In this document: positions 39,202 through 50,400 of the stretch, piece after piece
Layout: each line of letters opens with the position of its first letter
Numbering within the stretch: position 1 is the stretch's first letter
From: Tetramitus jugosus
Taxonomy: Eukaryota > Protista > Heterolobosea
Reading direction: 5' to 3'
DNA: 64,000 nucleotides
Assembly: GCA_937625935.1 (NCBI GenBank)
Contig: OW569348.1
Location: forward strand, 609,396 to 673,395
The notes under the pieces: model-generated
Databases searched by the model: none
What the model was told of the DNA's origin: nothing
Seen by the model: the letters and a program-made list of their open reading frames with translations, nothing else
Made by a program: the position numbers and the translations under genes

Positions 39202-41664
39202 ATGACTGTGATGATACATCGGACGACGCCAGTCCTCACCACAATCATCACTCCATTTCACGCTCAATTCTCATTTTTGTTTGTCCTGCTGTCATCACTC
39301 TCATCATCACTACTGTTCTTCTTCTTCTTACTGCTCATATCCTCACTCTTCCTATCCTCAACACTGGTACCATCGTCATTATTGTCCGATTATCTGATAC
39401 CAACAACCACCACACTGGTTGTTGTGTCAGCAGCAGTTGTCATCGTCCTATCACTACTCGTCGATTTTCATTGCAGACATGGTGCTGCACCTTCTCCTTG
39501 TGGAAACACAACAGCAACAACAACAATGAATGATCAACATCGAGTGAGTCAACATCATAATGACTATCACCAGTACAGTGAAGGTAAACAAAAACAATCT
39601 CACTGTTCGATTCACTTGTTCCTATATACTGCAATTCTCTTGTTGTTGTTCACTGCAAATGGTCTGGAGGCAAAAGTTCAAAAAGTCAACGTTTTTTCAG
39701 AAGATCGAATTCACTATTCATTTCAACCCTATTATCCACTGGGATACAAATGGGACATGGCATGTCAACGTGGATTGGTTCCATCGACTTCCAAGGTGTT
39801 GAACTCTACATATCATAATGGATCCACTGATATCAATAATATCAATAATAATGATAATAGTACGAATAACAATCAAACAGATTTCATGTACGATATTGAT
39901 TACATGGTTGATCCAGTGTATCAGGAGCTACAATTGCGAGTTTCATTCCCATATGATCTCAAAGAGTCAAAGCGTGTGTTGAGTAGAAAGATTTATTGGA
40001 TATCTATTGGATTTCCAGTGACTGTGAGCGAGGATGGTAAAGAACAAGTGAATGGTGATTTTGTTGTCCAGTATGGGCATGTGAAATTTGATATGCATCG
40101 TATTCACTTCTCACGGAGTTTGTGTTTCATGTCATATGCCGGATGGTTTCCAGGTGGTGATGAAATGTTGGTTGTTGGTCATCTCAATCATACGTTTAGT
40201 CGAACGGCAGTCAATAGCACGACTCATGAATTGTCAAACAGCCATATCCAATTCTCGCACTGGTATAATTTGACTGATGATTCGTACTTTACTCGAAGTG
40301 AGTGCTATGACTTCAATAATATGAGATTTTATGCACAAATGAGAAATTGGGATCGATCCGTAGATATGGTCATTTTGCATGTCATTGCCATTATGACACT
40401 TATTTTGTTCATGTTGGCATTTATTTCACTGTATGGAGGTGAATTAATTAAGCGTCGATTCTTCACATCCGTTCTAAGTCAAATACTGATTATTGTATCA
40501 ATGGGATCTCAAACAGTACCTGCATGTATCTTTTGGATATTGCATATGAGAAAGAGCATCAACGTTCCTAGTTCGCAAATAGTTGAATCTATTGCTTCTG
40601 TGGGAGGCAATGCCTCTCTCCAATTGGCCCTTGTATTATATTGTTATAAGATGTTTCGATTCTTTCAACTGCGATATGTCTATCGAAAAATGTTTCGATC
40701 TGGCACGAAAACCAAAGACAATCGATTGTATCAGCTGCTTGTGTCCAAATGGGGATATCGGATCATGTTTCTCATTGGCGCCATTATTGTTGGTAGCGCT
40801 CTAGTAGGACTCGTGGTGCTCTGTTTCTATGCCAAGAGAAGATCAGATCCATTCTGGTATGAAAATGATCGAGAGATTGCATTCTTTTTGGATGTGGGCA
40901 TTCTCAGCTTTCTCCTATTGATTTATCTGGCAGAGGCTGTGATTAACTTTAAGACACTATTCAAGAAGGGTTTGAAGTATTTTTATGTGAGCGATGATCC
41001 AATGCTGTATCGGCTGGAGGCATGGATCACATTGGCTATCATGAGTCTGTACCTGTGCTACGAGTTCATACCTTTTTATCTGGCTCCAACCTATTTTGGT
41101 GTTTTATTGGGTGAGTTGCATTTTTATGGGACAATGTGGGGCTACCAGGTCTGTTTTGGCTCTGGTTCAATTATGGTAATTGAAATATTCAGACTTCTTA
41201 AGAAGATTATTTGGTCTGAAGCGAAACCTAAGGTACAGGAATCAGATCTGGTCAGATTATTGTACGATGAACGATTTAGAACTCTATTTGATGATTATTG
41301 TCTCAAGGAGTACTCGAGTGAGAATTTAGCCTTATTTTTTGAGTTACAGTCGCTCAGATTTGGGTCAGGCATTATGTCGCATAGCAAGTACATGGAGATG
41401 TATTCCACATATATCACACCGCAGGCAACACTTCAAGTGAACATGTCATCTCGAACCAGTAAGATTTGTCAAGAAATCGTACAGATCACTGAGGATGTCG
41501 TAACATTTGAACAGCTACAACCACTATATAATGATACTGTGATGAACTTGAGTGAGACGTATGTTCGATTCTCGGTCACTACAGAGTACGCAAAGTATAT
41601 GGAGATGAAAAATATTATGAAGGAAGAATTCTTTGTTGAGCTCAATGAACCGCTATTGCTCTAG
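39202..41664 (+). CDS. 7TM receptor fused to a C-terminal RGS domain, with an ectodomain (start uncertain: ATG 39202 or 39526)
   Basis: Signal-like segment, about 7 hydrophobic helices, RGS motifs FDDYCLKEYSSENLALF, YITPQATLQVNMS, MNLSETYVRF. Confidence 0.85.
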   Translation: MTVMIHRTTPVLTTIITPFHAQFSFLFVLLSSLSSSLLFFFFLLLISSLFLSSTLVPSSLLSDYLIPTTTTLVVVSAAVVIVLSLLVDFHCRHGAAPSPCGNTTATTTMNDQHRVSQHHNDYHQYSEGKQKQSHCSIHLFLYTAILLLLFTANGLEAKVQKVNVFSEDRIHYSFQPYYPLGYKWDMACQRGLVPSTSKVLNSTYHNGSTDINNINNNDNSTNNNQTDFMYDIDYMVDPVYQELQLRVSFPYDLKESKRVLSRKIYWISIGFPVTVSEDGKEQVNGDFVVQYGHVKFDMHRIHFSRSLCFMSYAGWFPGGDEMLVVGHLNHTFSRTAVNSTTHELSNSHIQFSHWYNLTDDSYFTRSECYDFNNMRFYAQMRNWDRSVDMVILHVIAIMTLILFMLAFISLYGGELIKRRFFTSVLSQILIIVSMGSQTVPACIFWILHMRKSINVPSSQIVESIASVGGNASLQLALVLYCYKMFRFFQLRYVYRKMFRSGTKTKDNRLYQLLVSKWGYRIMFLIGAIIVGSALVGLVVLCFYAKRRSDPFWYENDREIAFFLDVGILSFLLLIYLAEAVINFKTLFKKGLKYFYVSDDPMLYRLEAWITLAIMSLYLCYEFIPFYLAPTYFGVLLGELHFYGTMWGYQVCFGSGSIMVIEIFRLLKKIIWSEAKPKVQESDLVRLLYDERFRTLFDDYCLKEYSSENLALFFELQSLRFGSGIMSHSKYMEMYSTYITPQATLQVNMSSRTSKICQEIVQITEDVVTFEQLQPLYNDTVMNLSETYVRFSVTTEYAKYMEMKNIMKEEFFVELNEPLLL

Positions 41665-41719
41665 GAGTGAACTGATTTATTTTATATTACTATTCGCTGA
41701 TATGTACAAATAATACAAA

Positions 41720-42748
41720 TTAGGCCGGCATAGAGAACAGAGTACAAAATTCAGAATAGGAGATTCTTCCGTCGCCGTCAGAGTCAACAAGAGAGAATAA
41801 AGTACTAATTTCTTCATCTCCCATGACAATTCCCAGTCCTAGTTTTTGCATTACATTCAATACCTCGTCCACACTCACTAAGCCATCGCCATCCATATCG
41901 AATATTTTGAACACTTGTTTCATATCTGATTCCTCTGATAATTCATCTCCTTCAAGTCGATCATCCGCATCCGTACCTACCACTATCCTCTCAGTTGCTA
42001 TCGAACTAATGGATGGAGATTTGCCCTTTCCCTTGTTAAATAAACTTAGGAAGTTGAAACCAGCTTTCCCATTCGGTTTGGCTGAGTTTTGTAGAACTGG
42101 ATTTCCCTGATGATTTCGGGTTCGTGCTTTGGTAGGACTCGTTGATGAAGAGCCAATAGTGCTTCTTCGACTTGGTGTCGAGGGCGATGAGGGGGATAGA
42201 GGTGTGTTACTCTTCGATTCGGACACCACAGAGGTTCGATTGTTCTTTTTCAGTCCTAATGCTCCAAACAAGGAGTTACCAAACTTTTTGGAGGCATCTG
42301 TAGATTGACTTGGACTTGCAATACTCTTTCTTCGAGCTCGACCGTTTTCACTCTCGAAGGGCGAGGATTTGACGCTGAGGCTCAACTTTCTGGGGGCATA
42401 TTTACTTTGATGCGAATCAATGAAAGAAGCAATGGTGCCTTCCTCTTCTAAAGGTGATTTTATAAGGTAGACAAAACCTTCGAGAGAAATTGAGCCAGTG
42501 TGACCTACATCAACGTCTGCTATTAGTTCCTTAATATCCCTCTCTGTCACTTGCATGTCCAACACTTTGAGTACGGATGTTAACTCCTTTGAGTCAATAA
42601 GACCATCTCCATCCTTGTCAAAGAGCTGAAATGTTTGTTTGTAGAGATCCATTTCTTCCTTTGTGGTGCTCCTGAGAATATTCATGAGATTGGTCTTGTA
42701 TGTTGAAGGTGAGTTCACCATTGGGAGAGTTTCCGTCATAAAGTTCAT
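41720..42748 (-). CDS. Calmodulin-like 4-EF-hand protein with long central insertion
   Basis: EF loops DKDGDGLIDSKE, DVGHTGSISLEG, DMDGDGLVSVDE, DSDGDGRISYSE. Confidence 0.88.
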   Translation of the reverse strand: MNFMTETLPMVNSPSTYKTNLMNILRSTTKEEMDLYKQTFQLFDKDGDGLIDSKELTSVLKVLDMQVTERDIKELIADVDVGHTGSISLEGFVYLIKSPLEEEGTIASFIDSHQSKYAPRKLSLSVKSSPFESENGRARRKSIASPSQSTDASKKFGNSLFGALGLKKNNRTSVVSESKSNTPLSPSSPSTPSRRSTIGSSSTSPTKARTRNHQGNPVLQNSAKPNGKAGFNFLSLFNKGKGKSPSISSIATERIVVGTDADDRLEGDELSEESDMKQVFKIFDMDGDGLVSVDEVLNVMQKLGLGIVMGDEEISTLFSLVDSDGDGRISYSEFCTLFSMPA

Positions 42749-43201
42749 GTTTCGTTTCGAGGATGTGTTTATTTTGCGCTGCCACTACGACCGAGTATCA
42801 ACAAGAATTTGTTGGTGGAGGAGAAATGATACAGATCTCGAACAGATTTTGTGTCTGCGCTGTATGTGTCTCTGTAAAGCGTGTCCGTTACCAAAATGGG
42901 AGGCTACTAAATGGATCTCGAATTTCCTCGAAGGGAAGGACAGAACTTGAGCTCATTATTGAACACCCTTATAATTGACCAGAATATCTTGAGTGGGAAT
43001 TGAACATTTGTCGAGTGATTCAAGAAAAAGTCCACATCCAATGTTCGAGGTACTGAACCTTTTTCCCTCCAGTTCACAGCTTTCCTGTTCCCTGTAGATG
43101 CAGAACAGCCTTTCAACATCGGGGAAATATTAAGGATTAATGAAGTTCAACAAAATTAATGAAGAGAAGAAAAAAATTCACACAACAACAACAAAAACAC
43201 A

Positions 43202-46200
43202 ATGCAATTTGATATTCGAGAGAAGAACAAGAAACTACAGAATACTCAACATTTGATTCAAAATTTTGACGTCAATCGATTCTTATCCCTCCTGTACACG
43301 GGTGGTCACATCTGTCTTTCTCACAATGAAAAATTTTTTGTTTCATGTGCTGAAAAAACAGCCAACATTGTTGATTTTTCGAATGGTGAAGTTTTGAGCG
43401 AACTGACAACGGTATGTGTGTTTAATCCGGGTTCAAATTTGTGTTGAACAACAACAACAATCATACAATGTAACATTTTTGAACAGACAGTGTGACTCAC
43501 TCATTATGTGTTTTTTTTATCATGACCTAATATTAGGACGATATTATTATTGCGACAGCATTGTCTCCCAATGACAAGCAATTGGCTGTGAGTACTCGTA
43601 ATGGATCTGTTCATCTTTATAGCATTTCTCAGCAGCGTTTAATCTCTTCATTTGCTGCTGGTGGATCAGCATCCGCCAAGACTCCTGTCGTTCAGTTGTG
43701 CTACAATCGTGATGCGACTCTGTTGGCAATGGCCACTGGTGACTCCAAAATTCGAATTTATTCCCTGTCTGAAAATCGATTCATTTCACAATTACAATCA
43801 AAGTCATCGAGAGCTGGTGTTGGCATCACTGCTCAAGTTCACACTGGTAGAATCACCTTGTTAAAGTTTAGCACTGATCCACAGCATGAGAACATTTTGG
43901 TCAGTTCTGCACTGGATGGCGTAAGAGTGTGGAATGTGGGAAAAACAAGAGGCGAACAATTGCTTTCATGGGTCAATAGAGACTTGGGTGATGTGGTCAG
44001 TGTTGCCTTCTCTGAACAACATCAGTGGATGATCACTGGTGGAGATGAAGTCCTCAAGATTTATGACTACTCTGAAATGGAGACAAAAGGCTTAAAGGAT
44101 CTTAAAACCATACCTGTTCAATACACGATATCTGGTATTGCTTTGGTGGATGAAGAGAGAGTTGCTGTCTCCAGTGTGGACAATGGAAATATTCATATTT
44201 GGAACATGGAGACTGAAGAGTTGGAAAAGTCATCTAGTCAAGCAAATGAAGACGAGGAAGAGAGTAGTGATGATGACGACGACGAGGAAGAAGAGGAGAG
44301 CGAGGATGAGAGTGCAGAAGATAATACCAGCCAATACTTTAAAATTGTTCAAATGCACTACGCACCACAGAGCAAAGTATTTTTATGCGTCACTCAGGAT
44401 GGAAACTTCTTATTTTTCTCATATCCTTCGTTAAAACGTGAGAGACAAGTTGTGGGTTTCAATGACGAAGTATTGGATGTATGCTTGTTGCTCAACAACA
44501 AGAAGCAGAAGGAATTGTCAGCTCAAAACACCGATGGAACACTTGTTGATGCAAAGGAATTACTTATTGCTACGAACAGTGAAAAAATCCTCAGAGTGAA
44601 TCTCCAAACAAAGGCCGTGCAATTTTTGTGTGGTCATCGAGAAGTTGTACTGGGTCTGGCTACTGATCCAGTCTCTGAAAGATTTGCTGTTAGTGTGTCC
44701 AAGGATAGAACAGTGCGTGTATGGGATTTAAAACATGATCGGTGTGTTGCTGTCGGAGATGCTCATTCGAAGAGTGTGTCCTGTGTGACTTTTGCACGCA
44801 CGAACAAGCGCTCGTTCTTTGTTACATCAAGTGACGATAAAACAGTCAAATTATGGGATATGACTCAGGTCAATGAGCAAATTAGCAAGTTTGACAAGAG
44901 TGGCTCATTTACAGAGAAGGATATTATTCAATTAAGTACAGAAAAATCAATTAATGCCCATATGAAAGAGATTAATCAAATTGCACTCTCACCCAATGAT
45001 GAATTTTTAGCCACTGCTTCCTCTGACAAAACAGTTAAGATATGGAGAACGGAATCAATGGAATTAGTGAAAACGATTCAACATCCTAAGGGTGTCTATG
45101 CTGTAGCATTCTCACCTATTGATAAGACAATCGTTACTGGTTGTTCCGATTCTATTGCCAGAATATACTCCTTGACTAATGGTAATTTGCTCAAAGTTTT
45201 TTCACAAGACACTATGCATGGTGTTTTAAAGGTAGCATTCATAAGAAACGGTGCTCAATTAGTTACAATCGATGCCAGTGGCCTTTTGAAATTGTGGAGC
45301 ATCAAGTATGGTAACTGCTTGGCTAATTTCGATGAACACAGTGATCGTGTATGGGGTTTGGCTGTACTTGACAAAATGAATGATCAGTTTATGATGGTTA
45401 CTGGTGGAGAGGACTCCAAGGTAAATATCTGGAAGGATAGCACACTGGAAGTTGTCCAAGAACAAAAACGTGAAATTGATGAGGCAGTTCGGATGGAACA
45501 GCAACTAAAGAACTTGGCACGTAACAAACAATATTTGGAAGCGATCAAGTTGGCGATTAAAGCAGATAGACCTCGACAGGTGTACTCAATGATCGAACAA
45601 TTTTTGGGATTGAAGCAAAAAAAGTCTGGTACGAACCAAACATTGGGAGATTTGATCAAGGGGCTAGAATACACCGACGTGATGACATTATTCCAGTACA
45701 CGATTGATTGGAATACTAATTCGAGATTTAGTGCTGTGGCCCAACGCGTATTGTATGCCATGTTTAATACCTTAGATCCTAGCTTCATCAACACTCCTTA
45801 TGAAAAATCTGTTCAAGCATTGCTCGGATACAGTGAAAAGCATGCCAAGAGAGTTCAACAACTACTTCAGAGAAGTTATTTACTCGATTATGTGTTGAGC
45901 AACATGAAGATGATGGCACCACAGTCAAATAATGAGTCTGATTTACTACTGAATGGTCCAACAATATCACAGAGAATTACAATTGTTGATCCTGAAAAGA
46001 TTGTAGAGCCTGTGGTTGAGCGGAAGATTGAAGCCAAAGAGCAGATTAAGCGTGAACCAACAAACAAGAGAAAATTGGAGCAAGTGGAAACTACGCCAGC
46101 CAAGAAGGCAAAGCTCGACAAGGCAACTCCACAGAGCAGCAAAACAAAAACTCCAAGCCAGAAAAAGACCACAGAGGTCAAGAATTCAGGCAAGAAACAA

Positions 46201-46212
46201 ACCAAAAAGTAA
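43202..46212 (+). CDS. UTP13: U3 snoRNA-associated WD40 protein Utp13/TBL3; exons 43202-43411, 43537-46212
   Basis: LYTGG N-terminus, VGFNDEVLD, AHMKEINQIALSPNDEFLATASSDKT, EQQLKN, WNTNSRFSAVAQRVL; intron 43412-43536. Confidence 0.92.
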
Positions 46213-46216
46213 AATC

Positions 46217-47361
46217 TTATGAACCCTGTCTATTTGCGCCTTGTTTTGTGTGGTTATTTCTGAGCTCTAGTGCCTTCTTATTGACTCGCAGTTTCAGTTG
46301 CTCTAGTTCTTCCCGCATTATTTTCATTCGTTGGTTCTGTAGTTGTTGTTGTTGGTTGAGCAGCTCTTGGTACATTGTTGAATTGTGGGAATACCTCCTT
46401 TGCTCGAGATCGGTGAGGGTATCTCTCCAGAAGGGGAGTTTGTCCATGTTGTAGTCTGGGGTATCATTCTTTCTGGTGGTTTGGGTAGCGCCTAGCAATC
46501 TACTATGGGACTGCCTCAACTTATCGATCGTGCAGCTTTCTAATCCATCGATGCTACCTTCTGATATTGAAGTCGTCCGAGATGCATCGGTCGTGATGAA
46601 TTGTTTTTCTTCTCTCATCTTCTTTGTTATAGTCACCTCATTGAGTTCTATCAGATTGGGCAGCTCGTTCATGATCCGAGTTAAAATATCATTTTCGTTT
46701 TCGATGGCGTTGTGAGATATGTTTAGAGACAATAGACTTGTTGGTAATGCATCGATCTTAATTTTGGTAATGTTGTTGTAAGACAGGTCTAGCACTTCCA
46801 ACTTGGAGCACTCACACAATTCATCATTGACCTCAGTAATCTTGTTGTTAAATAAGACAAGGAACAACAGATTAGGAAGACATTGGAATTGATCTGAGAG
46901 TTCTTGAATTTCGTTCTGATTCATATGTGGATTAGTATTGTTCAATGGTTGAAATACGACAAGGTGTCACACATACATGTTGCAAATAAACATGAGTCAC
47001 ATTGGTGTAGCACTCAAGATTCTCTATTCGATCTAATTGAAGACGATCTAGCTTGATAACAGCCACATTCATTACCTGATCCACTCTAAGCCAGAGGAGT
47101 GAGAATGAACGTTCTTGAATTCAAAACAATACTAGATCACAAAACATACATATTTTCCATTGGTTCTCTAGTCCAATCAACTTTTAACCCCACACAGTTT
47201 TCTGCAATGAGTCGAGGACCTATGCGCCTCCTCTTTGTTCTTGCTTGGATAACTTGTTCATTTTTCTTTTTCTCCTGTTCTAGTTCTTTAAATTTATTAT
47301 CAACATCCTTCAACAACTCGTGTTTTTCTTTGACATCATTCGTGTTGCCCTGTCTCATCAT
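46217..47361 (-). CDS. Leucine-rich-repeat protein (SDS22/LRRC46-like); exons 47361-47150, 47085-46977, 46915-46217
   Basis: Two GTATGT-AG introns (64 and 61 nt) give LDRLQLDRIENLECYTNVTHVYLQHNEIQEL followed by LxxLxLxxN repeats. Confidence 0.8.
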
Positions 47362-47480
47362 TTTTTTCAAGATACTTGTTTTGGCTGTAGTTCGAGCAGT
47401 TTTTCTAGGTTCGCCATTTTTTTTTCTTTGTTCGAGAAAATGCTCGAACCCGAACCCTCAAAGAAACAACAAGGGAAAAA

Positions 47481-50400
47481 ATGCACAAAAAGGAAGTAAT
47501 TTGCATTGATGACGACGAGGAGGAATGCGAGGAGGTCTTTGACACGACCACCAAACGACAACAGTCAATATCATCATTTGTAGTTCGCGTCAAAAGAAAT
47601 GCTGAGAATAAGAAGAAGAGAGATGCCAACAAGGGAAAGGCACACCTGAAGCCATCATCTGTTATCGATGTTGATGATGAAAGTACAACACCACCATCAT
47701 CTTCACGTCGTACAGTTAATCAATCCCAACCAACAACTACCACCACAATCCACATCTGTGATCATCAGGTGCATTTTCCCTATACACCCTATGAATCACA
47801 AGTTCTCTTCATGACCAAAATCATTGAAACTCTATCACATGAGATTGGAACAAGTAAACATGCACTGTTGGAATCCCCGACCGGCACAGGCAAATCACTC
47901 TCTCTCTTGTGTTCCACCTTGTCGTGGCAAGAGTCATTCAAAGCCAAAAAAATTCAAGAGTGGAGAGAATGGTATGACAATACCGGGTCAGTTCACTCTG
48001 TTGGTGTGTCGAGCGTTGGTAGTATTTTTGAAGTCATCCCATCCATTTCTTCCAATAAGAGAAAGTTGAGAGTTGTTTCGGATTCATCATCCAGCAGCAG
48101 TCAACACCAAACAAACAACATTATCGAACAACCAATGAAAAAGTTAAAATATAATGAAAAGGATGAAATCGTTCTCGGAGGAGAGTCACTACCTTTGCCT
48201 ATTGACGTTGCACAAACGATATCTGGACAGGACAAAGCGAAGAATGCTGAAATGAGCGCTCAAAAGATTGAAGCAAGCTCTATTATCAGTTTAATGAGAC
48301 GTGGGTTCCATCATAAAGCCGAACAACAGATTTTACAATCATCTATTTTCAATACGGGCAGAAAGAAGGGAGATTCCAAGTCGTCTGTCGTGCCTATTAT
48401 TTATTTTGCCTCACGTACTCACTCTCAGATCAAGCAAGTGGTTAGAGAGCTGAAAAAGACTCCATATCAACCAGATATGGTGGTTTTGGGGTCCAGGGAT
48501 CAGTATTGTATTCACTCCGAGGTCAGAAAAAGCAACAAAAAGAATGAGGATTGTATGAAACTCGTTGAAACTTCAAATTGTCGCTACTATCGAAATCATG
48601 AGGGTTTAGCTGAAGATTCTGCACTACTAGCGGATGGTCCTCTACACATTTTTGACATTGAAGATCTAGTGGAGTTGGGTACCCGGAAGAAAGCTTGTCC
48701 GTATTTTGCTTCTCATGACATTCTGGAGCGAGCTGAGTTGGTATTTTGTCCGTACAATTACTTAATAGAACCTATTATCCGAGAAGCCATGGGAATTGAA
48801 CTTCAGAACAGTATCATTGTATTGGATGAGGCACATAACATTGAGGATGTTTGTCGTGATGCTGCTTCTGCAACTATTCGGATGGACGACATACTCGATG
48901 CCATTGAAGAGTTTAAAATTTTATTGGGAGCCAAAATACGAGTAGATATCCACTCCAACATGATTACACTGCTGAACAAGTTAGTATCATGGATATCTGC
49001 TTGCGAATCCAGAATGGTAGCCTCACAGCCTGATACTCAAGTTCATATCTTGCGTTCAAAGGGGCTTCTCATTGATATGTTTCGTCAGTTAGGGATGTCA
49101 GAAGAAGTTCAGAACAAATCTGATGTTCCTTTTTGTAAGAGTGGGCTCTATCTTTGCTTTTTACAAGTTCTTCAGTACGCGAATATACCAAAGACAAAGA
49201 AAGATGATCCTCATGTGTTAAGTGCGAAGACACAAATTATGCTCGAAAATATATTTTATACCTTTGAGTTTATGCTGCGTGGTAATATGAAGTATCTGAG
49301 TGATTATGTAGTGACAACGATGAAGAAGCAAAACAAATTTAGAACAGGAGCCAAATCCGCTTCTAGATATAGTAAATCTCGCATCACTACCGAATGGGAA
49401 GTCTCAATCAATTTTTGGTGTATGAATCCTGCTGTGGCTTTTGAAGACTTGAAGACAAAATGTCATTCAGTATTGTTGACGAGCGGTACGTTAAGTCCAT
49501 TATCTAGTTTCTCTTCCGAACTCGATACACCCTTTTCTACCATCTATGAGGCACCTCATGTAGTTGATCTCAATCGACAAGTGTGGGTTGGACAAATATC
49601 CACTGGACCCGATAACACTCGTATGAATGCTAGTTATTCAGAGGCTTCCTCAGTTCGGTTCCAGGACTCGTTAGGAAAATTGATATACGATTTTTGTTCA
49701 GCTGTCCAATATGGTGTTCTTTTATTCTTTCCCAGCTACAATTTAATGGATAAGCTTGCTGAACGATGGGAGAAAACTGGGATGATGAAGAAAATCAAGC
49801 TCATTAAGAAAGTGTTTAGTGAACCAAGGGCAAACAACGACAAGGCCAAGGAGAGCAGCTTCTCAGTACAAATGGATAATTTTTATGAATGTGTCGAGAG
49901 AGATGGCGCCTTGTTTTTAGCCGTGTGTCGTGGTAAGGTTAGCGAAGGAATAGACTTGAAAGATAATTATTGCCGAGCAGTTCTTGTAGTAGGAATTCCT
50001 TTTCCTAATGTCAAAGATCCAATTGTAGCCGAAAAGAGAAGATACAACGATGAACAAATGCGTCAACGACCAAACCGAATTAATGGTCAGACCTGGTATA
50101 CACAACAGGCATATCGAGCTGTAAATCAAGCGATTGGAAGATGTTTGAGACACAAGTACGATTATGGAGCTATTGTATTAATTGACGAGAGATACAGAGA
50201 GCAAAACAGTATTAACAACCTGTCTAAATGGGTGAAGTGTAGTGTTAAGCGATTTGACTCGCATGCAGACAGTCTATTGTCTCTGAAACAATTTTTCCAA
50301 GATATTATGAACGACCCTATCCTTCCTCCTTCTAGTGTCAACACCATTATTCCAGAGTTAGTGGACTCAAATGTGGAAGATAATGATTGTGCTCCGACTC

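Noticed and set aside
2738-50347. Numerous short antisense or alternate-frame ORFs in the ORF track
   Set aside because: They are shadows of the real genes and triplet repeats, often with non-ATG starts and no motifs.
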